Position numbers and translations under genes: made by a program. The notes under the pieces were generated by a model that worked only from the letters and a program-made list of their open reading frames with translations, was not told the DNA's origin and made no database searches. From positions 2,793 through 66,792 of the forward strand of contig DAIRBY010000014.1 in assembly GCA_036796975.1 (NCBI GenBank): a DNA stretch of 64,000 nucleotides, read 5' to 3'. The stretch comes from Acidimicrobiales bacterium (GTDB lineage: Bacteria; Actinomycetota; Acidimicrobiia; Acidimicrobiales; UBA8190). Position 1 is the first letter of the stretch, and each line of letters starts with the position of its first letter. This document shows positions 9,822 through 20,289 of this stretch, piece after piece.

Positions 9822-10360
9822 CCGGTCCGGCGGTCCCGCACGCGGTCGACGGCGCCCACCAGCCGGTGGGCCAGACGCGATCCGATGGCCGACTTGAGCT
9901 CCGAGGGGTGGGGGTAGGTGGTGGCGTGGCGCTTGGCGTGCTCGAGGCGCAGTCCGAGCCTGGCGAGCTCTTGGGGCGAGGCGACCTGGCGAAGGGCCGG
10001 GAACAGCAGCCGGTCCTCGTGCTCGAGGTGGGCCCGGGTGTCCGCCGCCAGCTTGGTGAGCTCGGTTCGGTAGTCGGCGGAGGTGCCCACCACCTCGACG
10101 AGTCGGTACAGCGTCATGTCGAGCTCCTCGTGGTCGAGCCGGCCCTGCTTGGCGGCGTCCAGGCCGCCGTCCATGTGGCGGGACACGAACGGATAGAAGT
10201 GCTCGATCTCGACGGCGGAGTGCACAGACATCTCGTAGCGGAGCTCGTCGAGGACCCGGGGCGGCGCCGCTTCGGCCTGCTCCTCCAACCGGGCGAGCAA
10301 CGCCAGGATCCGGCGATGGTCCTCGCCCAGGAGCTCCAGCCCGTCGGTTCGGTCAACCAC
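9818..10360 (-). CDS. hemerythrin (HHE cation-binding) domain protein
   Basis: Complete four-helix His/Glu pattern: LLGEDHRRI, HSAVEIEHFYPF, LDHEEL, HLEHEDRLLFPAL. I prefer the GTG start at 10360, which overlaps the stop of the upstream ORF (GTGGTTGA). The ORF track start at 10480 is Pro/Ser-rich and implausible. Confidence 0.65.
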   Translation of the reverse strand: MVDRTDGLELLGEDHRRILALLARLEEQAEAAPPRVLDELRYEMSVHSAVEIEHFYPFVSRHMDGGLDAAKQGRLDHEELDMTLYRLVEVVGTSADYRTELTKLAADTRAHLEHEDRLLFPALRQVASPQELARLGLRLEHAKRHATTYPHPSELKSAIGSRLAHRLVGAVDRVRDRRTG

Positions 10361-10613
10361 GGTGCGGCTGCCACGGCGGGCGTCGGAGGAGGGAGGCCTC
10401 GAAGGCGGGGTAGACGACGAGCTCCTCGGCCACCTCATGGGTGAGCAGGGCCCGGACCAGATGGGGAAAGGCGTCTCCACGCTGTTCGAGGCTGAGGGTG
10501 AAGAACTCCTCCATCAGCTCGCGTGCCCGGACGTGGTCGTCCGAGACGACGTCCACGACGACGTCTCGGTCGCGCTCGGAGGTGCGCCATCTGTCGCCGG
10601 CCACGGCGCTCAC
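10353..10613 (-). CDS. short hemerythrin-like protein (only the first two helices; possibly a truncated paralogue)
   Basis: 86 aa with a GTG start. SDDHVRARELMEEF and THEVAEELVVYPAF match hemerythrin helices 1-2, and the ORF then terminates. Its stop overlaps the start of the next gene. Confidence 0.4.
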   Translation of the reverse strand: MSAVAGDRWRTSERDRDVVVDVVSDDHVRARELMEEFFTLSLEQRGDAFPHLVRALLTHEVAEELVVYPAFEASLLRRPPWQPHRG

Positions 10614-10763
10614 CTACCCGGACCGCCTCGTGTGTATCCCCACCGGGGGGATGCGGGCGGCAGGGACACGGCGAGGCCCCGTCGACCCGGCGTTGCGGGA
10701 GCCCGGACATCTGGAGCATGGTCGAGTCCCGTCCGGACCTGGAGCCCAAACGAGGAGACGCCC

Positions 10764-11513
10764 ATGGGTGGGAACCTGCGAGCAGAGACCGTGCACATCA
10801 CGGGGCACGGGGGCGACGAGATCGAGGCCTACCTCGCTCAGCCCATCGGTGACCACGTGACACCGGCGGGCGGCGTGGTGGTGATCCACCACATGCCGGG
10901 CTACGACGCCGCCACCAAGGAGATCACCCGGCGCTTCGCCGCCCACGGCTATCCGGCCATCTGCCCGAACCTGTACCACCGGGAGGCACCCGGAGCGAGC
11001 CCCGACGACGCCGCCGCCGCCGCCCGCGCCAGTGGCGGCGTCCCCGATGAGCGCCTCGTCGGCGACGTCGCCGGCGGTATGGCCGCCCTGCGGGCGCTGG
11101 CGGTGTGCAACGGGAAGGCCGCCACCATCGGGTACTGCTCGGGAGGACGACAGTCGCTCCTGGCGGCGTGCTCCCTCCAGCTCGACGCCGCCGTCGACTG
11201 CTACGGGGCCTTCGCCCTGAGCGCCCCGCCCGAGGGTGCACCGGTGTCGGTGAAACCGGTGCGGGACCTGCTTCCCCAGCTGTCGTGCCCCCTCCTCGGC
11301 CTGTTCGGCGCCGACGACAAGTTCCCCGCCCCCGACGAGGTGGCCGAGCTCGAGAAGCTCCTCACCGAGCTCGGCAAGGACTTCGAGTTCCACACCTACG
11401 ACGGTGCCGGCCACGCCTTCTTCAATGTGGACCGGCCCTCCTACCGCGCCGAGGCAGCCGCCGACGGGTGGGAGCGCATCTGGGGCTTCTTCGGCCGGCA
11501 CCTGGCGTCCTGA
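10764..11513 (+). CDS. dienelactone hydrolase family protein
   Basis: MGGNLRAETVHITGHGGDEIEAYLAQP, nucleophile motif GYCSGG, and C-terminal YDGAGHAFFN. AGGAGA SD lies 6 nt before ATG 10764. The longer ORF-track start is Arg/Gly junk. Confidence 0.85.
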   Translation: MGGNLRAETVHITGHGGDEIEAYLAQPIGDHVTPAGGVVVIHHMPGYDAATKEITRRFAAHGYPAICPNLYHREAPGASPDDAAAAARASGGVPDERLVGDVAGGMAALRALAVCNGKAATIGYCSGGRQSLLAACSLQLDAAVDCYGAFALSAPPEGAPVSVKPVRDLLPQLSCPLLGLFGADDKFPAPDEVAELEKLLTELGKDFEFHTYDGAGHAFFNVDRPSYRAEAAADGWERIWGFFGRHLAS

Positions 11514-11515
11514 TC

Positions 11516-11803
11516 ATGTGCACCTACAGGACCGAGCTGCTCGCCGTGCATGGCAGCGGCAAGGGCCCGGCCGGCTGGTTCACGCTCAGCGACGTCAGCG
11601 TGTACGTCGACCATCCCGTGCACGCCCCGGCGCTACACACCCTTAACATCGACCTCCGGAACCCCGAGCTGGGCCCGGCGGCCAGGGTGGCCGTCGAGCT
11701 CGACGCCACCTCGGCACGAGCCCTGGCCGAGGCCATCGTCCGGGCGCTCGACGACCTGCCACCCGGGGTGATGGACCAGTCCCCTGCCTCACAGGGGACA
11801 TAA
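11516..11803 (+). CDS. small conserved actinobacterial protein (resembles the DUF6295 family)
   Basis: 95 aa, MCTYRTELLAVHGSGKGPAGWFTLSDVSVYVDHPVHAPALHTLNIDL. It starts 2 nt after the dienelactone hydrolase stop. The family assignment is from memory. Confidence 0.55.
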   Translation: MCTYRTELLAVHGSGKGPAGWFTLSDVSVYVDHPVHAPALHTLNIDLRNPELGPAARVAVELDATSARALAEAIVRALDDLPPGVMDQSPASQGT

Positions 11804-11852
11804 AGGAAGGCTTCAGGAAGCCCGAAGCCACCCCGCACAGAATCGGAACACG

Positions 11853-13343
11853 ATGGACGACCAGAGCGGTCCCGACGACGTCGAACAGAACCGGCCGGGT
11901 CAGGTCCCGGGCCCGCCGCCCTCGAGCTACCCGCCTCCGGGCCAGCCCGCCTCCTCCTTCCCGACCCCTCCCCCGGGATGGTCGGCGCCGTGGGGCCAGT
12001 CACCCTCCGCCGACCCCACCGACCCTGGGGCGTCCCCCGGTGACCTGGCCGGCGGTCCGCCGCCGCCTCCCTACGGCACCCCGCCCTACGGCACACCCCC
12101 CTACGGCGGTGGGTGGCACTGGGGCCCGCCGGGGCCCGGTGGTCACCTCTACGGCACCACTCCCTGGCACCCCGGGTACCCGGGATACCGGGGCTACCCT
12201 CCGGCGCCACCGGGGGGGCGGCGCGCCCTCGTCGGCACCGTGCTGGCGGCCGGGGTGCTCTTGGCTGCGCTGTTCGGCGGGCTCATCGGCCACGACCTGT
12301 CCCGGACCTCAGGTGGGTCCGGCTTCGCCGGCATCGGCGGGGGATCGAGCCCCACCTCACCACCGGCCAACGCGCCGGCCAACGCCGCCGCCATCGCCTC
12401 GGCGATCGACCCCTGTCTCGTCGACGTGAACACCGTCATCACCGCCGAAGGGGTGCAGGGGGCGGGCACCGGGATGGTGCTCAGCTCGACCGGCGAGGTC
12501 CTCACCAACAACCACGTGGTCGAGGGTGCCAACCGGATCAGCGTGACCGACGTGGGCAACGGCAAGGTCTACAACGCCACGGTGGTCGGCTACGACCGCA
12601 CCCAGGACGTGGCCGTCCTCCAGCTGAGCGGGGCGACGGGGCTGACGACCTGTCCCGTCGGGAACTCCACTTCGGTCAGCGCCGGACTGGGCGTGGTGGC
12701 GGTGGGCAATGCCAACGGCTCGGGAGGCACCCCCAGCTACGCGGCGGGCACCGTCACCGCCACCAACCAGACCATCACCGCCAGCGACGAGGTCGACGGC
12801 AGCTCCGAACAACTGAGCGGGTTGCTCGAGACCAACGCCAACATCGTCGCCGGCGACTCGGGCGGCCCGCTGGTCGACGCCTCGGGGCGCATCATCGGCA
12901 TGGACACCGCCGCCTCGGCCGGGTTCCAGTTCGAGAATTCGAGCACCCAGGGATACGCCATCCCCATCAACCAGGCGACGAACATCGCCAAGCAGATCGA
13001 ATCGGGCACCTCCTCGTCCACCGTGCACGTCGGCCCCACCGCCTTCCTCGGAGTGGGGGTGCGCGACGCCACCAACGGCGGGTCCCCGTTCGGAGGCGGG
13101 TCCAGCTCCGGACAAGGCGCCAAGATCGTCCAGATCGTGTCGGGCGGCCCTGCCGACCAGGCCGGTCTCGTCGTGGGTGACGTCATCACAGCGGTGAACG
13201 GCCAGCGGGTGGGCTCGGCCGAGGCCCTCACCGAGGCCATGACCACGCAGAAACCGGGAAACTCCGTGAACGTCACCTATCAAGACAGCTCGGGACAACA
13301 ACACACCGTCGCCGTCGTGCTCGGGAGCGGCCCGTCCCAGTAG
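11853..13343 (+). CDS. PepA/Mtb32A-like S1C serine protease with PDZ domain, Pro-rich N-terminus and TM anchor
   Basis: PPYGTPPYGTPPYGG repeats, a TM helix (LVGTVLAAGVLLAALFGGLIG), TNNHVVEG (His), DVAVLQL (Asp), GDSGGPLV (Ser), and a C-terminal PDZ (GLVVGDVITAVNG). Confidence 0.85.
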   Translation: MDDQSGPDDVEQNRPGQVPGPPPSSYPPPGQPASSFPTPPPGWSAPWGQSPSADPTDPGASPGDLAGGPPPPPYGTPPYGTPPYGGGWHWGPPGPGGHLYGTTPWHPGYPGYRGYPPAPPGGRRALVGTVLAAGVLLAALFGGLIGHDLSRTSGGSGFAGIGGGSSPTSPPANAPANAAAIASAIDPCLVDVNTVITAEGVQGAGTGMVLSSTGEVLTNNHVVEGANRISVTDVGNGKVYNATVVGYDRTQDVAVLQLSGATGLTTCPVGNSTSVSAGLGVVAVGNANGSGGTPSYAAGTVTATNQTITASDEVDGSSEQLSGLLETNANIVAGDSGGPLVDASGRIIGMDTAASAGFQFENSSTQGYAIPINQATNIAKQIESGTSSSTVHVGPTAFLGVGVRDATNGGSPFGGGSSSGQGAKIVQIVSGGPADQAGLVVGDVITAVNGQRVGSAEALTEAMTTQKPGNSVNVTYQDSSGQQHTVAVVLGSGPSQ

Positions 13344-13459
13344 GCACCGGGCGTGGCGCCACGGCACCGGGGGTTCCGCTCCGACAGGGGCACAGCGCGT
13401 GGGGTAATGCCGGTCGCCTGGGTAGAACGCGTGGACGTCCGGTCGTTCGAGGAGGCCAC

Positions 13460-13837
13460 ATGCCAACCACGGTCGAGGACCTGCCCGGCACGCTCAAGCG
13501 GTCGCCCGAGTCTGCGCAGCGTCTGTACGAGAAGGTGCTGGACGATGCCCACCACGAGTACCACGACGAGCGCCGTGCCCATCAGACCGCCTACGCGGCG
13601 CTCAAGCACAGCTTCGAGAAGGTGGGCGACCACTGGGAGCCCAAGGACGAACGAGGCCCCTCCGACGAGCGCAGCAAGGCACCCCGCGGGCGAGGCGGCG
13701 AGACAGCGGGAGGGGTCGACGTCGAAGGCCACTCCAAGGACGAGCTGTACGAGAGGGCCAAGGAGCTCGACGTGCCGGGCCGCTCCAAGATGACCAAGAT
13801 GGAGCTGGCACAGGCCATCGCCCGCCGCCAGGGCTGA
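13460..13837 (+). CDS. ChaB-like protein with C-terminal Rho-N/SAP-like domain
   Basis: 125 aa. The N-terminus LPGTLKRSPESAQRLYEKVLDDAHHEY is ChaB-like. The C-terminus HSKDELYERAKELDVPGRSKMTKMELAQAIARRQ is like the Rho N-terminal domain. Confidence 0.7.
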   Translation: MPTTVEDLPGTLKRSPESAQRLYEKVLDDAHHEYHDERRAHQTAYAALKHSFEKVGDHWEPKDERGPSDERSKAPRGRGGETAGGVDVEGHSKDELYERAKELDVPGRSKMTKMELAQAIARRQG

Positions 13838-13880
13838 ACGCCGTCGGCCGGCGCGGCGCCCCACCCGCCGTCCACGGCCG

Positions 13881-14075
13881 TCAGCGGGCGAAGAAGTGCC
13901 ACCCCACCCACATCCAGCCGACGAACAGCAGGACGCGTCGCGCCCCGGTGGCCGACAGGGCGCCGAGCGCAGTGCGCAGCCCGGCCACACCCCGGCCGCG
14001 CAGCGCCAGCACTTCGCAGACGACCGGCCCCGCCGCCACCGTCGCCCACACGGCCAGGACCAAGGCGCGTGTCAC
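13881..14075 (-). CDS. small membrane protein
   Basis: 64 aa from GTG 14075, whose start overlaps the upstream stop (GTGA). Two hydrophobic helices, ending LLFVGWMWVGWHFFAR. Confidence 0.4.
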   Translation of the reverse strand: MTRALVLAVWATVAAGPVVCEVLALRGRGVAGLRTALGALSATGARRVLLFVGWMWVGWHFFAR

Positions 14076-14467
14076 GACGGCAGCACCAGCCCGAAGCCGA
14101 GCGCCAGCCAGAGGGCGAAGCACAGCGCCTTCAGGCCCCGCAGGCGGGCTGCTTCGTCGTAGAGCGAGCTCACGGTGGGGAAGGCGTGGCGGCCGAACGG
14201 AAATCCCGCCGCGTAGGTCGCCAGCTCCCACAGCGCCAACGCCCCGAGCGCCGCCACCCAGGGCCACAGCCGCGCCCTGGCGCCCGGCTCGGCCGCTCCC
14301 CGGCGCACGAGGCCTGCCACCAGCGCCGCGCCCCCAGCAGCCATCGGCACGGCGGTCACGACGTCGGCCTCCGTGGTGAACGGCGAGGTGCCGGCCGCCA
14401 GGTAGCAGTAGCCGCCGCCGGCGATCACCGCCCCCGCCGCCACCAGCGGCTCGGGACCGAACCTCAT
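14072..14467 (-). CDS. membrane protein, unknown function
   Basis: 131 aa from ATG 14467: MRFGPEPLVAAGAVIAGGGYCYLAAG...LKALCFALWLALGFGLVLPS. It has 3-4 hydrophobic segments. It is the 3' part of a long artefactual ORF-track entry. Confidence 0.5.
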   Translation of the reverse strand: MRFGPEPLVAAGAVIAGGGYCYLAAGTSPFTTEADVVTAVPMAAGGAALVAGLVRRGAAEPGARARLWPWVAALGALALWELATYAAGFPFGRHAFPTVSSLYDEAARLRGLKALCFALWLALGFGLVLPS

Positions 14468-14503
14468 CGTTTCGCCCGGAAAAGGCGCGGGTACGCCGCC
14501 GAC

Positions 14504-15511
14504 ATGACGACGGGACGTGGCGTGGCGGTCGTGACCGGTGCCAGCGCCGGCGTGGGCCGGGCCACAGCGCTGCTCCTGGCCGAGTCCGGCTTCGACGTGG
14601 CGGTGGTGGCCCGGGGGCGCGCCGGGCTGGAGGCCGCCGCCAAGGACGTGGAGAGCACCGGGCGCCGGAGCCTCGTCTGGCGCGCCGACGTCGCCGATCC
14701 CGCCGCCCTCGACGATGCCGCCGAGCGCATCGAGAGCGATCTGGGCCCTGTCGACGTGTGGGTCAACAACGCCATGACCACCATCTTCGCCCCCTTCACC
14801 GAGATCGACCCGGCGGAGTTCCGGCGCGCCGTGGAGGTGACGTTCCTGGGGCAGGTGTGGGGCACGAGAGCGGCGCTGGCCCGCATGCAGCCGAGGGACC
14901 GGGGCACGATCGTGAACGTCGGCTCGGCGCTGGGGTTCGTCTCCATCCCGCTGCAATCGCCGTACTGCGCGTCGAAAGCGGCGTGCCGGGCCTTCCACGA
15001 CTCGGTGCGGGCCGAGTTGCTGCACGCCGGGAGCCGTGTGCGTCTCTCGCTGGTGCACCTGCCCGGCGTCAACACCACCCAATTCAGCTGGTGCCGAAGC
15101 GTGTTCAGGCGCCACCCCCGGCCTGTGGCCCCCGTCTACCAACCGGAGGTGGCGGCCCGGCGCATCGTCGACGTCGCCGTCGACGGACGCCGCGCCAAGG
15201 TCGTGGGGTCGTGGAACAGCCTGCTCGTGGCGGCGGCCAAGCTCGTTCCCGGCGTCGCCAACCAGTACGCGTCGATCGGTGCCTGGGACACCCAGCTGGC
15301 CGACGAGCCGCTGTCGCCCGACCGTCCCGTCAACCTGTGGGAGCCGGCAGACGACGACGCCGACTTCGGCGCCCACGGCATCTTCGACGACGAAGCCGGT
15401 GGAGTGCTCGACCGCCGCTTCCTCCGGTCCCTTCCTTCCACGGGCCGGGACCTGGCGCTGGCCGTGGGCCGGCGAGCCCGTGAGGTGGCGGCGCGTGTGG
15501 GCGCCGCCTGA
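14504..15511 (+). CDS. short-chain dehydrogenase/reductase (SDR)
   Basis: Starts at ATG 14504: MTTGRGVAVVTGASAGVGRA (TGxxxGxG). Also NNAM and the catalytic YCASK (YxxxK). Confidence 0.85.
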   Translation: MTTGRGVAVVTGASAGVGRATALLLAESGFDVAVVARGRAGLEAAAKDVESTGRRSLVWRADVADPAALDDAAERIESDLGPVDVWVNNAMTTIFAPFTEIDPAEFRRAVEVTFLGQVWGTRAALARMQPRDRGTIVNVGSALGFVSIPLQSPYCASKAACRAFHDSVRAELLHAGSRVRLSLVHLPGVNTTQFSWCRSVFRRHPRPVAPVYQPEVAARRIVDVAVDGRRAKVVGSWNSLLVAAAKLVPGVANQYASIGAWDTQLADEPLSPDRPVNLWEPADDDADFGAHGIFDDEAGGVLDRRFLRSLPSTGRDLALAVGRRAREVAARVGAA

Positions 15512-15663
15512 CGCAGCGCCGCCGCCCGGGCGGGGACACCGGCGAGCACCGAAGGGCGACATGAGCCGCCTCGTGAGCGCAGTCCCAGGTCACAGCGGTT
15601 CCGGCCCGATGGCGCTCCCGGAGGCGACTCGTCGCAGGGGCCCACGCTCACTACGGTGGGGCC

Positions 15664-16098
15664 GTGGCCCAGACGGCGACGACGGCGCACACCCCGGCGA
15701 CAGGGCTGGCGCCGGCCCGGCGCGCCCGCATGGAGCCGATGGTCCGGCGCCTGCTCGTGGTGCCGGACCCGCACTCGGGCACGGCGCGCACCACCCGACG
15801 GGCCGACGCTTCGGCGCACCGGCTCTTCAACCTCTCGATGGCGCTGTCGGGACTGCGCTGTCTCCTCGGCTACGTCGTGCTCCCCATCGCCACCCCGGCG
15901 CTGGGTGCGGCCGCACGGGTCGGACCGGTGATCGGCATTCCCATCGCCGTGGTCGCCCTCGGGTTCGACGTCATGGCGGTGCGGCGGTTCTGGGCCGCCG
16001 ACCATCCCTGGCGCTGGAGCGTGAGCCTCGTCTACGTGGTCGTCATGAGCCTGGTGCTGGCTCTGCTCGTCGGGGACATCGTGCACCTGACGGGCTGA
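15664..16098 (+). CDS. hypothetical membrane protein
   Basis: 144 aa with three predicted TM segments (LSGLRCLLGYVVLPIA, VIGIPIAVVALGF, LVYVVVMSLVLALLVG). No family recognised. Confidence 0.5.
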   Translation: MAQTATTAHTPATGLAPARRARMEPMVRRLLVVPDPHSGTARTTRRADASAHRLFNLSMALSGLRCLLGYVVLPIATPALGAAARVGPVIGIPIAVVALGFDVMAVRRFWAADHPWRWSVSLVYVVVMSLVLALLVGDIVHLTG

Positions 16099-16161
16099 CC
16101 GAATCGGTGCGGGGTCGGCGGCTGCCCGCTGCGGTGACCATGTCCGGGCGCGGCTGAAGCC

Positions 16162-17661
<1,500 letters not shown>

Positions 17662-17675
17662 GCAAGGGCGCCGGC

Positions 17676-19439
17676 GTGCTGGGCATGGAGGATCAGGACC
17701 AGCACAGCGGGGACACGGGGCAGCCAGAGCTGTCGCTGTACCTGCTGGCCCGGGCGCTGGGCGAGGCGCTGACGGCGAACCAGGTGGCGGCGGCGGCCTT
17801 CGACCACGCACTGCGCAAGCTCGGAGCGGTGACGGCCGGCCTGTGGCTGCTGGGGGAGGACGACGTCATCCGGATGACGGCGAGCGTCGGTCCCGACAGC
17901 GAGCTGTGGGTGGAGGCGGTGGGCGACATCCCGTTGAGCTCGGACCTGCCCGCCGCCTTGGTGGTGCGGACCGGGACCATCGTCAGCTACTCCTCCATCG
18001 AAGAGCGCGACGCACGATGGCCGGCGTTGCAGGGCGTGGCGGGAAGCCCTGCCGTCGTCGTGCTTCCTCTGTCGGCCCGGGCCAGGCAGTTCGGGTGCAT
18101 GCACATCGGATGGCCGTCGGCGGGCGTGGCCACGTTCCCCCCCGACTCGAGCGTGCTCTCGGCACTGGCGGAACTGTGCGCCGGGGCGGTGGACCGCGCC
18201 CGGCTGTACGAAGCCGAGCGCCGCGGCCGGCGCACACTCGAGTTCCTGCACCAGGGGACCCGGCTCATGGTGAGCGCCCTCGAACCGGACGAGATCGTCC
18301 GCGCCCTGGTGCGCATGGCCGTGCCCCAACTGGCGCCGTGGTGCGCCGTGTACGTCGCCGACGGCGACCGGCTCGAGCGCGTGGCCGTGGAGGTCTCGGG
18401 CGACCCCGAGCTCTCCGAGCTCCTCATGACGAGCGGGCCCGTCCACGTCGACGCCGACGTCCCCCTGGCCGAGGCGTACCGCACGAGCCGGCCCCTCCTG
18501 CTGCCCGAGGTGCGGCCTGAGCACGTGGTCGGGACCTACCCCGCCGACCACGCCAAGCTGCTGCTCTCGCTCGGGGGCGGCCAATGGTCGGGGATGGTGG
18601 TGCCCGTCCAAGCAGGCGGCCGGTCCATCGGCGTGATGAGCCTGCTCTCGCCGGAATGGAAGGGCACGCCGCCGAGCGAGGTCCGCTTCGCCGCCGAAGG
18701 GCTGGCGGGGCGGGCCGGGATGGCCATGCACATCGCCCGCCGCTACCGCGCCCAGGTCGACAACGTGGCGCTCTTGTCGGCCGCCCTGCTCCCCGAGCGG
18801 CTGCCCACCCTGCCCGGCCTCCGCTTGGCGGCGCGCTATGTCCCCGCCGGCGGCGGGGTGTGCGGCGACTGGTACGAGGCCGAGCTGCTCCCCGACGGAC
18901 AGGTGCTGGTCGGCATCGGGGACGCCTCGGGCCACGGCATCCCGGCGGCCGCCATGATGGCCCAGGTGCGCAACGCGGCCCGGGCGCTGGCCGTGGCGGG
19001 CATCTCCCCCGGGCGCATGCTCGACCACCTGTCGGCGCTGGTGCTGGGCGGTCAGCCCGAGTCCATGGTCACGGCCTTGTACGGGGTCCTCGACCCGGCC
19101 ACCGGAGGCGGCACGTGGGCCAACGCCGGGCATCCGCCGCCCGTGCTCGTCGGCCCCGACGGCTCGGCCGCCACCGTCGCCCTCCCCCCGGGACCGCCCA
19201 TCGGCAGCGTCGACCGGCCCTACGCCGAGACGGCGCTCGAGCTGCCCGTCGGGACGCGGCTCGTGCTCTACACCGACGGGCTGTTCGAGCGAAGGGGTGA
19301 GGACCCGGGGCTGGGCATCGACCGGCTCGTGAAGCAGGCGGCAGCAGCGGGTGGCGGGGAGGACGAGCTCGCCGACACCCTCATGCAGAGCCGCCCCGAG
19401 ACCACCGACGACGGCTGCGTGCTCGTGATCGGGCGGTGA
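17676..19439 (+). CDS. GAF-domain PP2C (SpoIIE/RsbU-type) serine phosphatase
   Basis: 587 aa. Two GAF-like N-terminal regions, then ARYVPAGGGVCGDWYEA...GIGDASGHGIPAAAMMAQ...LYTDGLFE, which is typical of SpoIIE-family PP2C. Confidence 0.85.
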   Translation: MLGMEDQDQHSGDTGQPELSLYLLARALGEALTANQVAAAAFDHALRKLGAVTAGLWLLGEDDVIRMTASVGPDSELWVEAVGDIPLSSDLPAALVVRTGTIVSYSSIEERDARWPALQGVAGSPAVVVLPLSARARQFGCMHIGWPSAGVATFPPDSSVLSALAELCAGAVDRARLYEAERRGRRTLEFLHQGTRLMVSALEPDEIVRALVRMAVPQLAPWCAVYVADGDRLERVAVEVSGDPELSELLMTSGPVHVDADVPLAEAYRTSRPLLLPEVRPEHVVGTYPADHAKLLLSLGGGQWSGMVVPVQAGGRSIGVMSLLSPEWKGTPPSEVRFAAEGLAGRAGMAMHIARRYRAQVDNVALLSAALLPERLPTLPGLRLAARYVPAGGGVCGDWYEAELLPDGQVLVGIGDASGHGIPAAAMMAQVRNAARALAVAGISPGRMLDHLSALVLGGQPESMVTALYGVLDPATGGGTWANAGHPPPVLVGPDGSAATVALPPGPPIGSVDRPYAETALELPVGTRLVLYTDGLFERRGEDPGLGIDRLVKQAAAAGGGEDELADTLMQSRPETTDDGCVLVIGR

Positions 19440-19487
19440 CGCTCAGGCGGTGACGCTCGGGCGGCAGCGCTCAGACGGGAGCGCTCA
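19432..19487. repeat. four tandem copies of a 14-nt unit bridging two convergent stop codons
   Basis: GGCGGTGACGCTCA / GGCGGTGACGCTCG / GGCGGCAGCGCTCA / GACGGGAGCGCTCA. The first unit contains the TGA of the phosphatase gene (19437..19439). The last unit contains the TCA (reverse TGA) of the gene at 19485..20120. Confidence 0.8.
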
Positions 19488-20120
19488 GACGAGCCTCCGG
19501 TAGATGGTCTGGGTGGTCGTGCCCCGCAGATACACCTGACTTGCTCTTTCGTCGAGCAACGTGCCGAAGTCGGCGTCGGCCTGGAGCGCCTGCTGGGCCT
19601 GCTCCAGCTGCTCGATCGACTCGTACCCGGTGATCCAGCCCACCGCCCCGAATTGGCCGGTGCCGGCCACGCCGAACGAGCATCGGCAACCGGTGACGGA
19701 CTTCACCTGCTGGGCGATCTGGGCGCCCAGTTCGATGCCCTTGGCCATGGCGCCGCCGGCCAGCACCGTCTGCACGATCGAGCCGTAGGCGGGCGGGCCC
19801 TCCTCCCCGATGTCGGCGACCACGAGGTTGACGATCGTGTCGTCGACGGGAGCGCCCGAGTTGAAGGCGGCGCCCTGATCCAGGAGCCCGAGATAGCTGC
19901 TGTCCGCCATGAGCTTGGCGTCGGTGGCCTCGAGGACGGACAGGTCTTCGACGATCGCACTCCAGGCCAGGGTCCCGACGCCCGGTGAGAAGACGGTCGA
20001 CCACAGCGTCACGGGTACTTCGCTTATCTGGTTGACCTTCTCGGTGACGGTGAGCGCCCAGGACATGGCCTCGGTGGTCCGTCCCGGCGCGAGCCGAGCT
20101 TGGCGACTGAACAGGTACAT
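19485..20120 (-). CDS. conserved hypothetical protein (two ~100-aa internal repeats)
   Basis: 211 aa. MYLFSRQARLAPGRTTEAMSWALTVTEKVNQI in the first half is echoed in the second half (...GIELGAQIAQQVKSVTG...). Good GC3 and an SD-like GGAAGGAAGGGG. No family name recalled with confidence. Confidence 0.6.
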   Translation of the reverse strand: MYLFSRQARLAPGRTTEAMSWALTVTEKVNQISEVPVTLWSTVFSPGVGTLAWSAIVEDLSVLEATDAKLMADSSYLGLLDQGAAFNSGAPVDDTIVNLVVADIGEEGPPAYGSIVQTVLAGGAMAKGIELGAQIAQQVKSVTGCRCSFGVAGTGQFGAVGWITGYESIEQLEQAQQALQADADFGTLLDERASQVYLRGTTTQTIYRRLV

Positions 20121-20218
20121 GGCAGCCCCTTCCTTCCCCTGGAGGCGTCCCGAGGCCGTGCCGCCCTCGGTCCGGGGAGGAGGAGCGATGTTCGCCCGCC
20201 TGGTCTCCTTGGCCCGGG

Positions 20219-20247
20219 ACGCTACGGCCGGCCGACCGGCCTGTCAA
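20219..20247 (-). promoter_or_regulatory. sigma-70-type promoter TTGACA-17-TAGCGT for the gene at 19485..20120
   Basis: The minus strand reads TTGACA (20247..20242), a 17-nt spacer, then TAGCGT (20224..20219). It lies between the stop of the upstream gene (20290) and the ATG at 20120. Confidence 0.5.
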
Positions 20248-20289
20248 CGGTCGCGGGGCACCCCCGCCGCCGGGGCGCGGCGCTTCGGC

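Noticed and set aside
12040-12120. Repetitive DNA encoding PPYGTPPYGTPPYGG, considered as a tandem repeat element.
   Set aside because: It lies inside a good coding frame as part of the protease's Pro-rich head, so it is a low-complexity protein region and not an independent repeat feature.
15588-15614. GGTCACA heptamer upstream of the membrane-protein gene at 15664, considered as a fourth ECF41-type promoter.
   Set aside because: Sixteen nt downstream the sequence is GGCG, not CGTC or GGTC, so only the -35-like half is present.
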